Shown piece after piece: positions 55,230-63,206 of a stretch of DNA of 64,000 nt; within the stretch, counting starts at the first letter, position 1; every line of letters starts with the position of its first letter. Position numbers and translations under genes: made by a program. The notes under the pieces were generated by a model, which was not told the origin of the DNA, did no database searches, and saw only the letters and a program-made list of their open reading frames with translations. This stretch comes from a virus. The stretch lies in IMG/VR virus record IMGVR_UViG_3300025141_000026; one strand, written 5' to 3'.

Positions 55230-55722
55230 CCAGTTGTGCTCCCAAGGCTACAAGCATGTTGCCTGTCTCATCTTCTGCGATCCGTCGCAAAATCTTATGT
55301 GCCTTTGATTGCAGAATATTTTCATAATCTTCTGTATTGTTTATCTCTATCATCTCATCCACATTTCTTTCCAGCCAATCAACAAAGGTTTTTAGTGCCT
55401 TTGCTTTGTCCTCGTCTTCTTCTTGGACTTCGTGGTTCTCAAACCAGATGGAAGTGTAGTCAAGTATTTTACGCATCTCTGGTCTAACATACCTCTCTCC
55501 TTCTCCGGGCGAACGCTTAGTCGGCGCAAAGAACCTGAGATCCTTGGCTTCATCTGGGTATAGAAATGCATACATGGTGAAGACTTTATTGAGTACAGCG
55601 TCCATTAGATTATCCAATGTCGTATCTGGTTTGGCAAAGAAATCTCTGGACGACTGTTCTCTATCATAGACATCCTCGTATTCATTTACAAACTTTCGCC
55701 ACTCTGTTAATAGTTCTTTCAT
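55219..55722 (-). CDS. Leader-bearing cargo 1: unknown domain
   Basis: Leader MKELLTEWRKFVNE. Confidence 0.65.
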   Translation of the reverse strand: MKELLTEWRKFVNEYEDVYDREQSSRDFFAKPDTTLDNLMDAVLNKVFTMYAFLYPDEAKDLRFFAPTKRSPGEGERYVRPEMRKILDYTSIWFENHEVQEEDEDKAKALKTFVDWLERNVDEMIEINNTEDYENILQSKAHKILRRIAEDETGNMLVALGAQLDKF

Positions 55723-56114
55723 CCTTTATCCTCCGCCCAGAGTTGTCTCATATGGTCAGGAATTGGGACTGGCTCTCCATCTCCATCAATACGAACAAAA
55801 GTAATCTGTGTTGAGCAAACTGTCTTCTGTGTGCCATTGTAAACACTATGCCTTCTGGCTTCTAGGTTTATCACAACAGACGTGTTGCCCATTTTCTCGA
55901 CTTCGCCATAGATCTTAATAATTTGAGTTGGTCTTGCCGGTGCAGTAAATACAACTTCTGACATGTGAACGGTAACCATTCTTGGTGTACCACATATTTC
56001 TGATGCAAAAGCAACTCCTGCCTCATCTAGCCAAGCTAGCATCTGACCTCCGAAGAGATTACCATGATAGCCTAAGTGCTGAGTCATGACTTTATGTGTC
56101 GATATAAGTTTCAT
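55719..56114 (-). CDS. Acyl-CoA thioesterase (HotDog fold, YciA-like)
   Basis: HGNLFGGQMLAWLDEAG, MVTV, F..P, GNTS, TFVRID..G.P.P. Confidence 0.85.
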   Translation of the reverse strand: MKLISTHKVMTQHLGYHGNLFGGQMLAWLDEAGVAFASEICGTPRMVTVHMSEVVFTAPARPTQIIKIYGEVEKMGNTSVVINLEARRHSVYNGTQKTVCSTQITFVRIDGDGEPVPIPDHMRQLWAEDKG

Positions 56115-56308
56115 TTTGATCCCTTCTTATTGTTTTTGCGTATGTTTTTAATAACCGCTTTGTTATAATCTACATTTTTCGATACTGATTCTACCTTTGC
56201 TTCAAGCGAATCTAATCTGTATATTGTATTATAGTAGAAACCACCCATAAGAGCAACGATGCCCCCTATTGTAATTATGGTTTTGATATCCAAAGTAACC
56301 TCTTTCAT
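56111..56308 (-). CDS. Small membrane-anchored coiled-coil protein
   Basis: One TM followed by RLDSLEAKVE. Confidence 0.55.
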   Translation of the reverse strand: MKEVTLDIKTIITIGGIVALMGGFYYNTIYRLDSLEAKVESVSKNVDYNKAVIKNIRKNNKKGSK

Positions 56309-56706
56309 TCGCTTCCTCCCTCAACATGCACAATGCCAAACTTGTCTGATATCAGCTTTGCGAGGTTGCTGGGATCTTCACTGTTCTCAGCCACTAGCTT
56401 TTTGACTTCTTCTCTTTTCTTGTCAGTAAGCTCTTCTTTCTTGCCCTCGTATTCTTTTTCTATTTTCGCAATGATTTCATGGTACTTATCAAGAGCTTCA
56501 TCCCTTAGAGCTATCTCTTCTGCGTGGTTATCATTTAGCGCATCAATTTGTTTCTTATGGCTATCCTCTTTCACCTTCAAAACTTCTTTGACTTTATCGG
56601 CACGTCCCTTAAAAAACACCCATACACCGATGGCATATACAATGCCAACTAATATTTTCCAGTATTTTACAACAAAGTCCTTTGCTTTTTTCAGAAAACT
56701 AATCAT
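56305..56706 (-). CDS. Inner-membrane spanin-like protein
   Basis: N-terminal TM followed by a long coiled coil; next to a holin-like gene. Confidence 0.55.
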   Translation of the reverse strand: MISFLKKAKDFVVKYWKILVGIVYAIGVWVFFKGRADKVKEVLKVKEDSHKKQIDALNDNHAEEIALRDEALDKYHEIIAKIEKEYEGKKEELTDKKREEVKKLVAENSEDPSNLAKLISDKFGIVHVEGGSE

Positions 56707-56863
56707 CTTTTTTCTTTAAGTAGTATTGAACAGAAGCCAAGCCACACAGGATACCCGATATAAGCCACAACATTATATTGTAAGGTTCATTCAACAAGAA
56801 CCCTACGCCAAAATATGCTAGCCCAGCGGTGAAAATACAGAGTGGCTTGTCTCTACATACCAT
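56699..56863 (-). CDS. 54-aa two-TM protein (below the ORF-track cut-off)
   Basis: MVCRDKPLCIFTAGLAYFGVGFLLNEPYNIMLWLISGILCGLASVQYYLKKKDD; fills the gap and overlaps both neighbours. Confidence 0.55.
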   Translation of the reverse strand: MVCRDKPLCIFTAGLAYFGVGFLLNEPYNIMLWLISGILCGLASVQYYLKKKDD

Positions 56864-57038
56864 GCTTCCAAGCCTTCGCCAAATCTACAGCGCCTTGGGA
56901 GCCAATATAAACCAAGCTGATTGCAACCCAGTCACTCGAACTAAGATTGGCAAAAGCCAGCAAGCCTGTGGCTGTACCCCATACCATTAATTTTCTTGAT
57001 ATTAGTTTAGATAACAACTTGTCTAATGAGTGTCTCAT
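56853..57038 (-). CDS. Holin-like protein
   Basis: SRKL plus two short TMs plus YIGSQGAVD; GGAGG RBS. Confidence 0.6.
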   Translation of the reverse strand: MRHSLDKLLSKLISRKLMVWGTATGLLAFANLSSSDWVAISLVYIGSQGAVDLAKAWKHGM

Positions 57039-57065
57039 ATCTATTTCCTCCGTTGAGGTAATTAG

Positions 57066-60000
57066 TTACTGAGATACAAAAGCGAATCCATCATTTTTCT
57101 CAATTTCAATAGTGGTATCAGCAATGTCCTTCAGGCTATCGACATGCGAGATCAACAAAACTATCTGATAGTAGTTCTTGACCATATCCACAATACGAAC
57201 AAAACCTTCCATGTTTTCCGCATCAAGGGCTGTTGCTGGTTCGTCAAGAATAAATAGGTTGGATTTAGGCAATGACGACACAGAAAGCAGCGCTAGTCTG
57301 ATTGCCATTGCAGCAATTGTTTTCTCAGCGCCAGATCCCATCTCAATAGGTCGTGGGTCATGCTTGGGGTGCTTGATAAAGATGTCAAGCTTGTTGCCAT
57401 CATTTTCAAAGAAGACCTCAAAGTCAACAACGTTAGCCAACACCTTTGAAATCTCATCATTGATGATTGGCAACCTCTTCTTAATAATATCATACGAGAT
57501 GCCATTAGAGTGCATGCAACGCATAAACAAATCATAAGCAGTATACTTGGTTCTTAGATCCTCCAAGTTTGCCTGTTGCTCAACCAAGTTGTTGAGCCGT
57601 TGTTCCAAAGAGCCATGCTGCTTATAAAGTTCTAAGATTTCGTTTCTGCATTCTTCGTATTCTTGTTTTTCTCTCTCCATTCTTTCTGTAGCCGCTCTTT
57701 TCTCTCCTGAAAGAATTTCCAGATTTTCAATAACTTCTTTGTTCTCTTCATATTCATTGATCTTTGCCTCCAGTTCTTTTATTTCAACTTCTAAATTTGT
57801 TTTTTTGGACTTGCTCTTCTCTATGTCAAGCTCAATACGAGCCATCTCATTTGAGAGATTGTTCTTCTTCTCGACAACCTTGTTGTATTTGGCTAAATGG
57901 CTGTCCACAATATCTGGCTGTAGGGTGCCGATATCCTTTTCTATTTTCTCCTTGTTGTTGTTGAGGAGGGTAATCTTCTTCTTGCTTTCTGGAAGAAGTT
58001 TTTTATGTGTATAAGCGTCTCGTATAAACCTACAATGAGAAAACTCAGAACCACAAGGGACTTCTGATAAGAGTGCGACTTTCTTTTCAATTCCTTCTTG
58101 CTCCCTTTCCTCTATACTTATTTCTGAAATGATATTATCGAGATCTTTTCCCTTGTCATTAATAAGTTCTTTTTTAGTTTCTAGTTCATCAATATCAAAG
58201 TTATCCAAAAACTGAATTATCTTTTGGTAATGGTCTAGCTTTTGTTTGTGCTGATCCTTCTTTTCGGATATGTCAATGTCAGCGATTTGTAGTTCGTTGG
58301 ACTTGATTTCTTTATCCTCCACGACCTTTACAATATTTATGATGCTTGCTGGCATTGACTCAATCTTTTTTGTCAAGGCAGTAATTTCATTGCGTATCTC
58401 TTCAATCTGGACTTTGTATGCGGCACAGGCTTTCTTTTGTTCTTCAGTTCTTCCAGCATTGTCGTTTAACAATAGTTGAGCAGCCTTGATGTCCTCATCA
58501 TAGTCTTTGCCCTCTAGTGTTTTCAGAGCACCTCGAAGATCTGATGCATCATCTTTTGCTAGCTTGAACTTCTTTTCAAAGATATCCAAATCCAAAAACT
58601 TTGCTAAGATTTCTTTACGTTTTGTAGATCCTTCATTGATGTATGAAAGAGATCCCATCTGAGATGACATAGAGGTCATTAGGAAGTCATCCATTGTCCC
58701 CAAGACCTTTTTGATATTTTTGTCGGTCTCATTTCTTGTGGTGCCATTTAGAACATCTATATCTTGTGTAATCAAGTTTTGTTTTGTAAACTCAGTCTTT
58801 GTTTTAGCTTCAAGCGTCTCTTCGCCCTTCAGCTTTTTGAGATACTTCTCTGACTCTCTATGGATGCTGTACGTGTCATCCCCAACAGATATCTCAACAT
58901 CTGCGGAACACATTTGCTTGTTCTGGTTGATTATGTTGAGATTCTTTCTCTCGTTTTTAGATGTGGAATTATACATCCCATAAAGCAGTCCGTCGATGAT
59001 GGAAGACTTACCAGAGAAGTTCTTGCCAAAAACTCCCACGACCCCATTCAACTTGGTGAAATCAATGGAGTTTCCTTCTCCATAATTGAACAGGTTATCC
59101 CAAGAAAACTTTCTTAGATTCCAATTTACGTTCCTTGTGATCTCCTCTTCTTCTTCAGCAACGGCATTGTATTTTCTATTAAGCTCATAAACCTTTTCTA
59201 AGGTCTGATCGTTAGCTTCATAGTCTTTGAGATACTCATCAATGAACTCTTCCTGAACAGCTATGTCACGAAGGTCCTCTTTTTTCAAGGTGTGGGTCAT
59301 ATGGTCAACGCTAGAGTTGCCACTCGCACGATTCAAGAATGTGATTGACTCTGGCTTGAACTTGGATTTAGCAACATCAATAGCCTTTCTCATCACATCG
59401 AGAGGAAGGTTATTGTTTGTAGCCAAACGAAGTCTTGAGCCGTTTGGAAATGATAGAGATCTAGGGATCTTGCCCTTCGGTGTCAAGTCGATTGTAATAA
59501 ACGGCTTAGGATTCAAAAGCACATGGTGCTTGCATGTATAGTTATCCTTGTCCTTTACATCCCATACCAGATATCCCTTGTCGTTCGTTTCTCCAAAGTT
59601 TTGCTGGACTGTTGATCCCGCATAGCGGATCTTACCTTTTGCATCGAGGGTTTGGTTGGTCTTGTGGATATCCCCAAGGAAAGCATAATCAAAATTATTA
59701 AAAATAGAAATGTCATAGTCGCCATAGTCCATTGTCCATCCGATGTCGGTTTGGCAACCGCTGATGGAACCGTGATAGAGAGCAATATTTACTCTATCAT
59801 AATTAGTTGGCTCGACCCAATTATCGGTATCAAACACAGACAAAACATTCAAAGCAAAATTGTCATTTATGACAGTTTCGCCTGACTCTTTAAGTAAATG
59901 TATGCTTGGGTGCGCCAGCGCTTCCACGATTGGGGTGATGGCATCTTGACGACTACTGTTCTTTAGATTGCCATCGTGGTTTCCCAAGATAATATAAGTT

Positions 60001-60215
60001 GGCGCAATGTCACCTAGACTGCGAAAGAAGTCGGTTGCCATCTCCACAAACTCTGGTGAGATCTGGGTCTTGGTGTGGGCAATGTCGCCACAATGGATAA
60101 TACAATCCACCTTTTGTTTTCTCAGCTTTTTGTACATCTGTTTGAATACTTCTTTATATTCAAAGTGATATTTCAGATTGCGGATATGGGTATCCGCTAT
60201 ATGAGCAAATCTCAT
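57066..60215 (-). CDS. SbcD-SbcC (Mre11-Rad50, gp47-gp46) fusion nuclease/ATPase
   Basis: ADTH, GD, GNHD, GDIH; then GKNFSGKSS, coiled coil, SGAE signature, LDEP, ISH in one ORF. Confidence 0.9.
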   Translation of the reverse strand: MRFAHIADTHIRNLKYHFEYKEVFKQMYKKLRKQKVDCIIHCGDIAHTKTQISPEFVEMATDFFRSLGDIAPTYIILGNHDGNLKNSSRQDAITPIVEALAHPSIHLLKESGETVINDNFALNVLSVFDTDNWVEPTNYDRVNIALYHGSISGCQTDIGWTMDYGDYDISIFNNFDYAFLGDIHKTNQTLDAKGKIRYAGSTVQQNFGETNDKGYLVWDVKDKDNYTCKHHVLLNPKPFITIDLTPKGKIPRSLSFPNGSRLRLATNNNLPLDVMRKAIDVAKSKFKPESITFLNRASGNSSVDHMTHTLKKEDLRDIAVQEEFIDEYLKDYEANDQTLEKVYELNRKYNAVAEEEEEITRNVNWNLRKFSWDNLFNYGEGNSIDFTKLNGVVGVFGKNFSGKSSIIDGLLYGMYNSTSKNERKNLNIINQNKQMCSADVEISVGDDTYSIHRESEKYLKKLKGEETLEAKTKTEFTKQNLITQDIDVLNGTTRNETDKNIKKVLGTMDDFLMTSMSSQMGSLSYINEGSTKRKEILAKFLDLDIFEKKFKLAKDDASDLRGALKTLEGKDYDEDIKAAQLLLNDNAGRTEEQKKACAAYKVQIEEIRNEITALTKKIESMPASIINIVKVVEDKEIKSNELQIADIDISEKKDQHKQKLDHYQKIIQFLDNFDIDELETKKELINDKGKDLDNIISEISIEEREQEGIEKKVALLSEVPCGSEFSHCRFIRDAYTHKKLLPESKKKITLLNNNKEKIEKDIGTLQPDIVDSHLAKYNKVVEKKNNLSNEMARIELDIEKSKSKKTNLEVEIKELEAKINEYEENKEVIENLEILSGEKRAATERMEREKQEYEECRNEILELYKQHGSLEQRLNNLVEQQANLEDLRTKYTAYDLFMRCMHSNGISYDIIKKRLPIINDEISKVLANVVDFEVFFENDGNKLDIFIKHPKHDPRPIEMGSGAEKTIAAMAIRLALLSVSSLPKSNLFILDEPATALDAENMEGFVRIVDMVKNYYQIVLLISHVDSLKDIADTTIEIEKNDGFAFVSQ

Positions 60216-60223
60216 CGTTCTCC

Positions 60224-60610
60224 TTATAGTCTGATGTTCTTTTGAAGGTGGTCCCCTGCTTTACGCATGTCAGTCTCCAACTTGTGTAAATAAGCGGAAA
60301 TCAAAACAAAGCGAGCGACAAATTCAATTTCGTCCCCCGGCAACACATCACCAAATTTTTTATCTTCAGCGTTCTTGTGTTCGTAAATGTAGTTGAATAG
60401 ATATTGCTCTGTCCTTATGCCGACTTGCGCTCCCAGTTTATCATGGGGCGAGTGACAAGGTTTGCACTGTGCGACCCAGACGTTTGATTTAGTTCGCATA
60501 ATTGATGCGTCTTGTGCCTGAACAGTGATGGGTATAAACAGTAGTAGAATAAAACTACTTTTTAGTTTTCTTAGATTTCTTCTTTTTAGGAGGCTTTGCA
60601 GCATTGTCAT
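60224..60610 (-). CDS. Exported protein with a CxxCH motif (c-type cytochrome-like)
   Basis: Signal-peptide-like N-terminus, then CKPCH. Confidence 0.55.
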   Translation of the reverse strand: MTMLQSLLKRRNLRKLKSSFILLLFIPITVQAQDASIMRTKSNVWVAQCKPCHSPHDKLGAQVGIRTEQYLFNYIYEHKNAEDKKFGDVLPGDEIEFVARFVLISAYLHKLETDMRKAGDHLQKNIRL

Positions 60611-60782
60611 CCCTTATCTTAACCACGAATGGTTTCAAATTAGTAGTATCTGAAAGTTTCCTGACCTTTGCTTCCGAATGGACTGCTGACAGTTCGCTTC
60701 TCTTTCGATCTGCTTCTTCAAATGAAGAAAACTTAGCAACAGTGGTCCATGGTCTACTTACAGTTTCATTCTCTTTTGACAT
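60555..60782 (-). CDS. Small basic hypothetical protein
   Basis: AGAGGT RBS; Lys-rich tail. Confidence 0.55.
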   Translation of the reverse strand: MSKENETVSRPWTTVAKFSSFEEADRKRSELSAVHSEAKVRKLSDTTNLKPFVVKIRDDNAAKPPKKKKSKKTKK

Positions 60783-60809
60783 TCTAACCTCTCTTTTTTA
60801 TATTGTCAA
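60781..60809 (-). promoter_or_regulatory. Near-consensus sigma70 promoter
   Basis: TTGACA-N17-TAGAAT; the -10 overlaps the start codon at 60782. Confidence 0.65.
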
Positions 60810-60812
60810 GAA

Positions 60813-60989
60813 TTATTTTTCGTCTTTTGCGTCTAGGTATGCGGCGACAGCCATTTGTTGCCTCTTCTTTTTGCCTTTACCTTTGAATTGCGGTGCCTTA
60901 GATTTGTAGAAGTCATCCACATATGCACCTGCTCCGTCAGATGGCTTTAGTTTTTCTCCAAGCCCCAACTGAGCTTCTTCCTCTTCTGG
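60813..60989 (-). other. Open in-frame extension after the TGA of 60990..61373 (58 codons to TAA)
   Basis: PEEEEAQLGLGEKLKPSDGAGAYVDDFYKSKAPQFKGKGKKKRQQMAVAAYLDAKDEK; fills an otherwise empty 180-nt gap. Confidence 0.7.
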
Positions 60990-61373
60990 TCACTGTTCTT
61001 GTAAATCGTCATCTTCGTTTACTGTTCTTGGGGAATCTAAAGTTTCACCGCTAGTAACATCTTTGACAACAGACATAAGAAACTCAACTGCTTTATCGTG
61101 CATGTCTTGCGGATCTTTTGAAACAGGTTCTCCAGTACCAGCATATGTTTGAGCTACATCTGTTGGCGTAGTCATTTCTTGGTATGCTGCACCAATAGCT
61201 GCTTCAAGATTTTGAATAGTCTCTACGTCAATACTTTCGTCCAATTGTTCGTCTTGTTGTTCTAACTCTTCTTGGACTTCTTCTCCAAACATCTCACCAG
61301 CTTCTTCGTTTGTAAGAACAACTTGAAGCTCTTCTCTAATGATTTGTTTAAGTCTTGCTTTTGTCATTTTCAT
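60990..61373 (-). CDS. Acidic protein with second-class leader MKMTKARLKQIIREE
   Basis: AAGGAG RBS; leader shared with 61610..61723. Confidence 0.65.
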   Translation of the reverse strand: MKMTKARLKQIIREELQVVLTNEEAGEMFGEEVQEELEQQDEQLDESIDVETIQNLEAAIGAAYQEMTTPTDVAQTYAGTGEPVSKDPQDMHDKAVEFLMSVVKDVTSGETLDSPRTVNEDDDLQEQ

Positions 61374-61609
61374 TTATTTGATCTCTCCTTGTCGTCGTCA
61401 TCTTGCTTGGCATGCATATGCTCATTTACAAGAGTCTGCTCGATGTCTGATTCTGTCAAGTTTCTGATGATTGTATCACCAAATTTCATATCATAAACGC
61501 CGATATCGCCATTCTCATTGAGAGAGTGCCAAAGAACTTTTCCAACGGCGTTTTTTTCGTTGATTCCGTATCTTTCCTGTAAAGCTGAACTCAGCTTTCC
61601 TTCCTTCAT
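61370..61609 (-). CDS. Hypothetical protein
   Basis: Coupled small ORF. Confidence 0.55.
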   Translation of the reverse strand: MKEGKLSSALQERYGINEKNAVGKVLWHSLNENGDIGVYDMKFGDTIIRNLTESDIEQTLVNEHMHAKQDDDDKERSNK

Positions 61610-61723
61610 TCATTTGTGTTTGAGGTCGTCAAGTTCCTTTTCAAGTTCTTTCTTTCTTTTCTTCTCAGCTTTTGTGAGTTCTTCTGCGATAATCTCTTTT
61701 AATCGTTGTTTTGTAATTTTCAT
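61610..61723 (-). CDS. 37-aa protein MKITKQRLKEIIAEELTKAEKKRKKELEKELDDLKHK (below cut-off)
   Basis: GAGGG RBS; second-class leader; fills the gap. Confidence 0.6.
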   Translation of the reverse strand: MKITKQRLKEIIAEELTKAEKKRKKELEKELDDLKHK

Positions 61724-61732
61724 GTTATTCCC

Positions 61733-62671
61733 TCATAATGAATTTATAGCTTCGTAGAGTAAGTAGTTTTCATCATTCAAAAAAGAAGCCCTAGATTTTC
61801 TCTGCAAAAACTCCTCTTTTGACATCTCGCCAACATCGGTATATGGGAGTATGTCAATCTTGTATACTTTTATATCATAGGACAGCAATTTCTGTATGAT
61901 TCTCCTCGTCTTTTTCTCTGCGTCGGGGTCAAGTGCTAAGTATACATCTGATCCGTGATTTACTATGTCTTGAAATAGTTTTCCATCTTCTTTAATATAA
62001 GAGCCAAGAATCGGAATAGCATTGGCTCCTGCAACAACTGCATCAAATACACCCTCGACAAGAGTGATATCTTTTGTCCAATCAACCATTAGTTGGTTGA
62101 ACACAATATTCTTTGATACTGGTGGGTTCTTGTACTTTGGAAATGCATCGCCGTAAGCTCTGCCAACAAAATAATTTAGACAGCCTCTGTCATCAAACGA
62201 TGGGATCATAACTCGACCAGCATACTCGCCCTCTGAGCAATAGCCCATCTTCCAGTTGATAATGTCTTCTTCGGAAACATCACGGCTCTTCAAATATCTT
62301 TTGACTCGTTTGGTGTCATAGCAATCGCTTGCACTGACAAGAGACTTGAATTCTCTTGGCAAGCGTACTTTTATTGGTGGGTCAACTTCTTCCTGAGCAA
62401 ACAGGGAGTCAAAGTCTAGGATATTGGTGCGGTTGGTTAGTTTGTCCCACTCTGCCAATTCATCACGAGAGCCAAACTTTCTGACTAACCTGCGAATATC
62501 ATTGCCGCTCGTTTCACAGATCCAGCATTTGTATTTGTTTTTTGGTATGTTTACGGAGAGTTTCTTTTTGTGGTGATTGCAAAAGCCGCACTTAAAAATG
62601 TATTCTTCACCAGATGCATAATATCTACCCAAGGCATCACTGAGAATGTTTACTTTTTTCTGCTCTGACAA
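61733..62671 (-). CDS. DNA primase (zinc finger plus TOPRIM)
   Basis: CGFC...CWIC, LVEGVFD, ALDPD. Confidence 0.88.
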   Translation of the reverse strand: MSEQKKVNILSDALGRYYASGEEYIFKCGFCNHHKKKLSVNIPKNKYKCWICETSGNDIRRLVRKFGSRDELAEWDKLTNRTNILDFDSLFAQEEVDPPIKVRLPREFKSLVSASDCYDTKRVKRYLKSRDVSEEDIINWKMGYCSEGEYAGRVMIPSFDDRGCLNYFVGRAYGDAFPKYKNPPVSKNIVFNQLMVDWTKDITLVEGVFDAVVAGANAIPILGSYIKEDGKLFQDIVNHGSDVYLALDPDAEKKTRRIIQKLLSYDIKVYKIDILPYTDVGEMSKEEFLQRKSRASFLNDENYLLYEAINSL

Positions 62672-63201
62672 ATTTCGTATCCTGCTTTTGCTATAATAAT
62701 ACTGTCAGCAATGTCATAATATTTCGGTTTGAGATTGCCTGATTTTGTATACTCTACAGTAAATTTAGGTTCGCTGTCAAGCAAAAACTTAACAACTTGT
62801 TCTTTTGCCTTTGTGCCTTTTTTGATAGTAATACCACAGGATTTACGAGCAGATGAGGCGGAAAGATGTTCTGGCTTTATTCCAAGTTCCCTAAAGCAAA
62901 GATATGTCACAACTCCGTTGAAAGATGAGAGCGTTGATAGGGTTTTGGCTGATGAGAAGCCAGAGCGGAACATTTGGAGGCTTTGCTCGATAAAAATGTG
63001 AGAAAATATATCACTACCTTCATACCATGTTTGGTGACGAAGGTGTCTTACTGTTTCAAACACTTTTTGATATTTTGCATAAATGTCTGGATAGTGGTTT
63101 TTATTTCGCAAATCCAGTGCGTCAGTTTTTATAATTTTGCCGTCTTTGTCGAGAATTGTTATGCCAATGATACTTGTTGAAATGTCTAAGCCTAAAATCA
63201 T
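62650..63201 (-). CDS. RuvC-like Holliday junction resolvase
   Basis: ILGLDISTSIIG, IFIE, AKEQV, DIADS. Confidence 0.8.
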   Translation of the reverse strand: MILGLDISTSIIGITILDKDGKIIKTDALDLRNKNHYPDIYAKYQKVFETVRHLRHQTWYEGSDIFSHIFIEQSLQMFRSGFSSAKTLSTLSSFNGVVTYLCFRELGIKPEHLSASSARKSCGITIKKGTKAKEQVVKFLLDSEPKFTVEYTKSGNLKPKYYDIADSIIIAKAGYEICQSRKK

Positions 63202-63206
63202 ATATA

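Noticed and set aside
52351-55735. Repeats considered as a CRISPR array or integron attC sites
   Set aside because: Spacing is gene-sized and the repeats are coding and non-palindromic. No cas or integrase gene was recognised.
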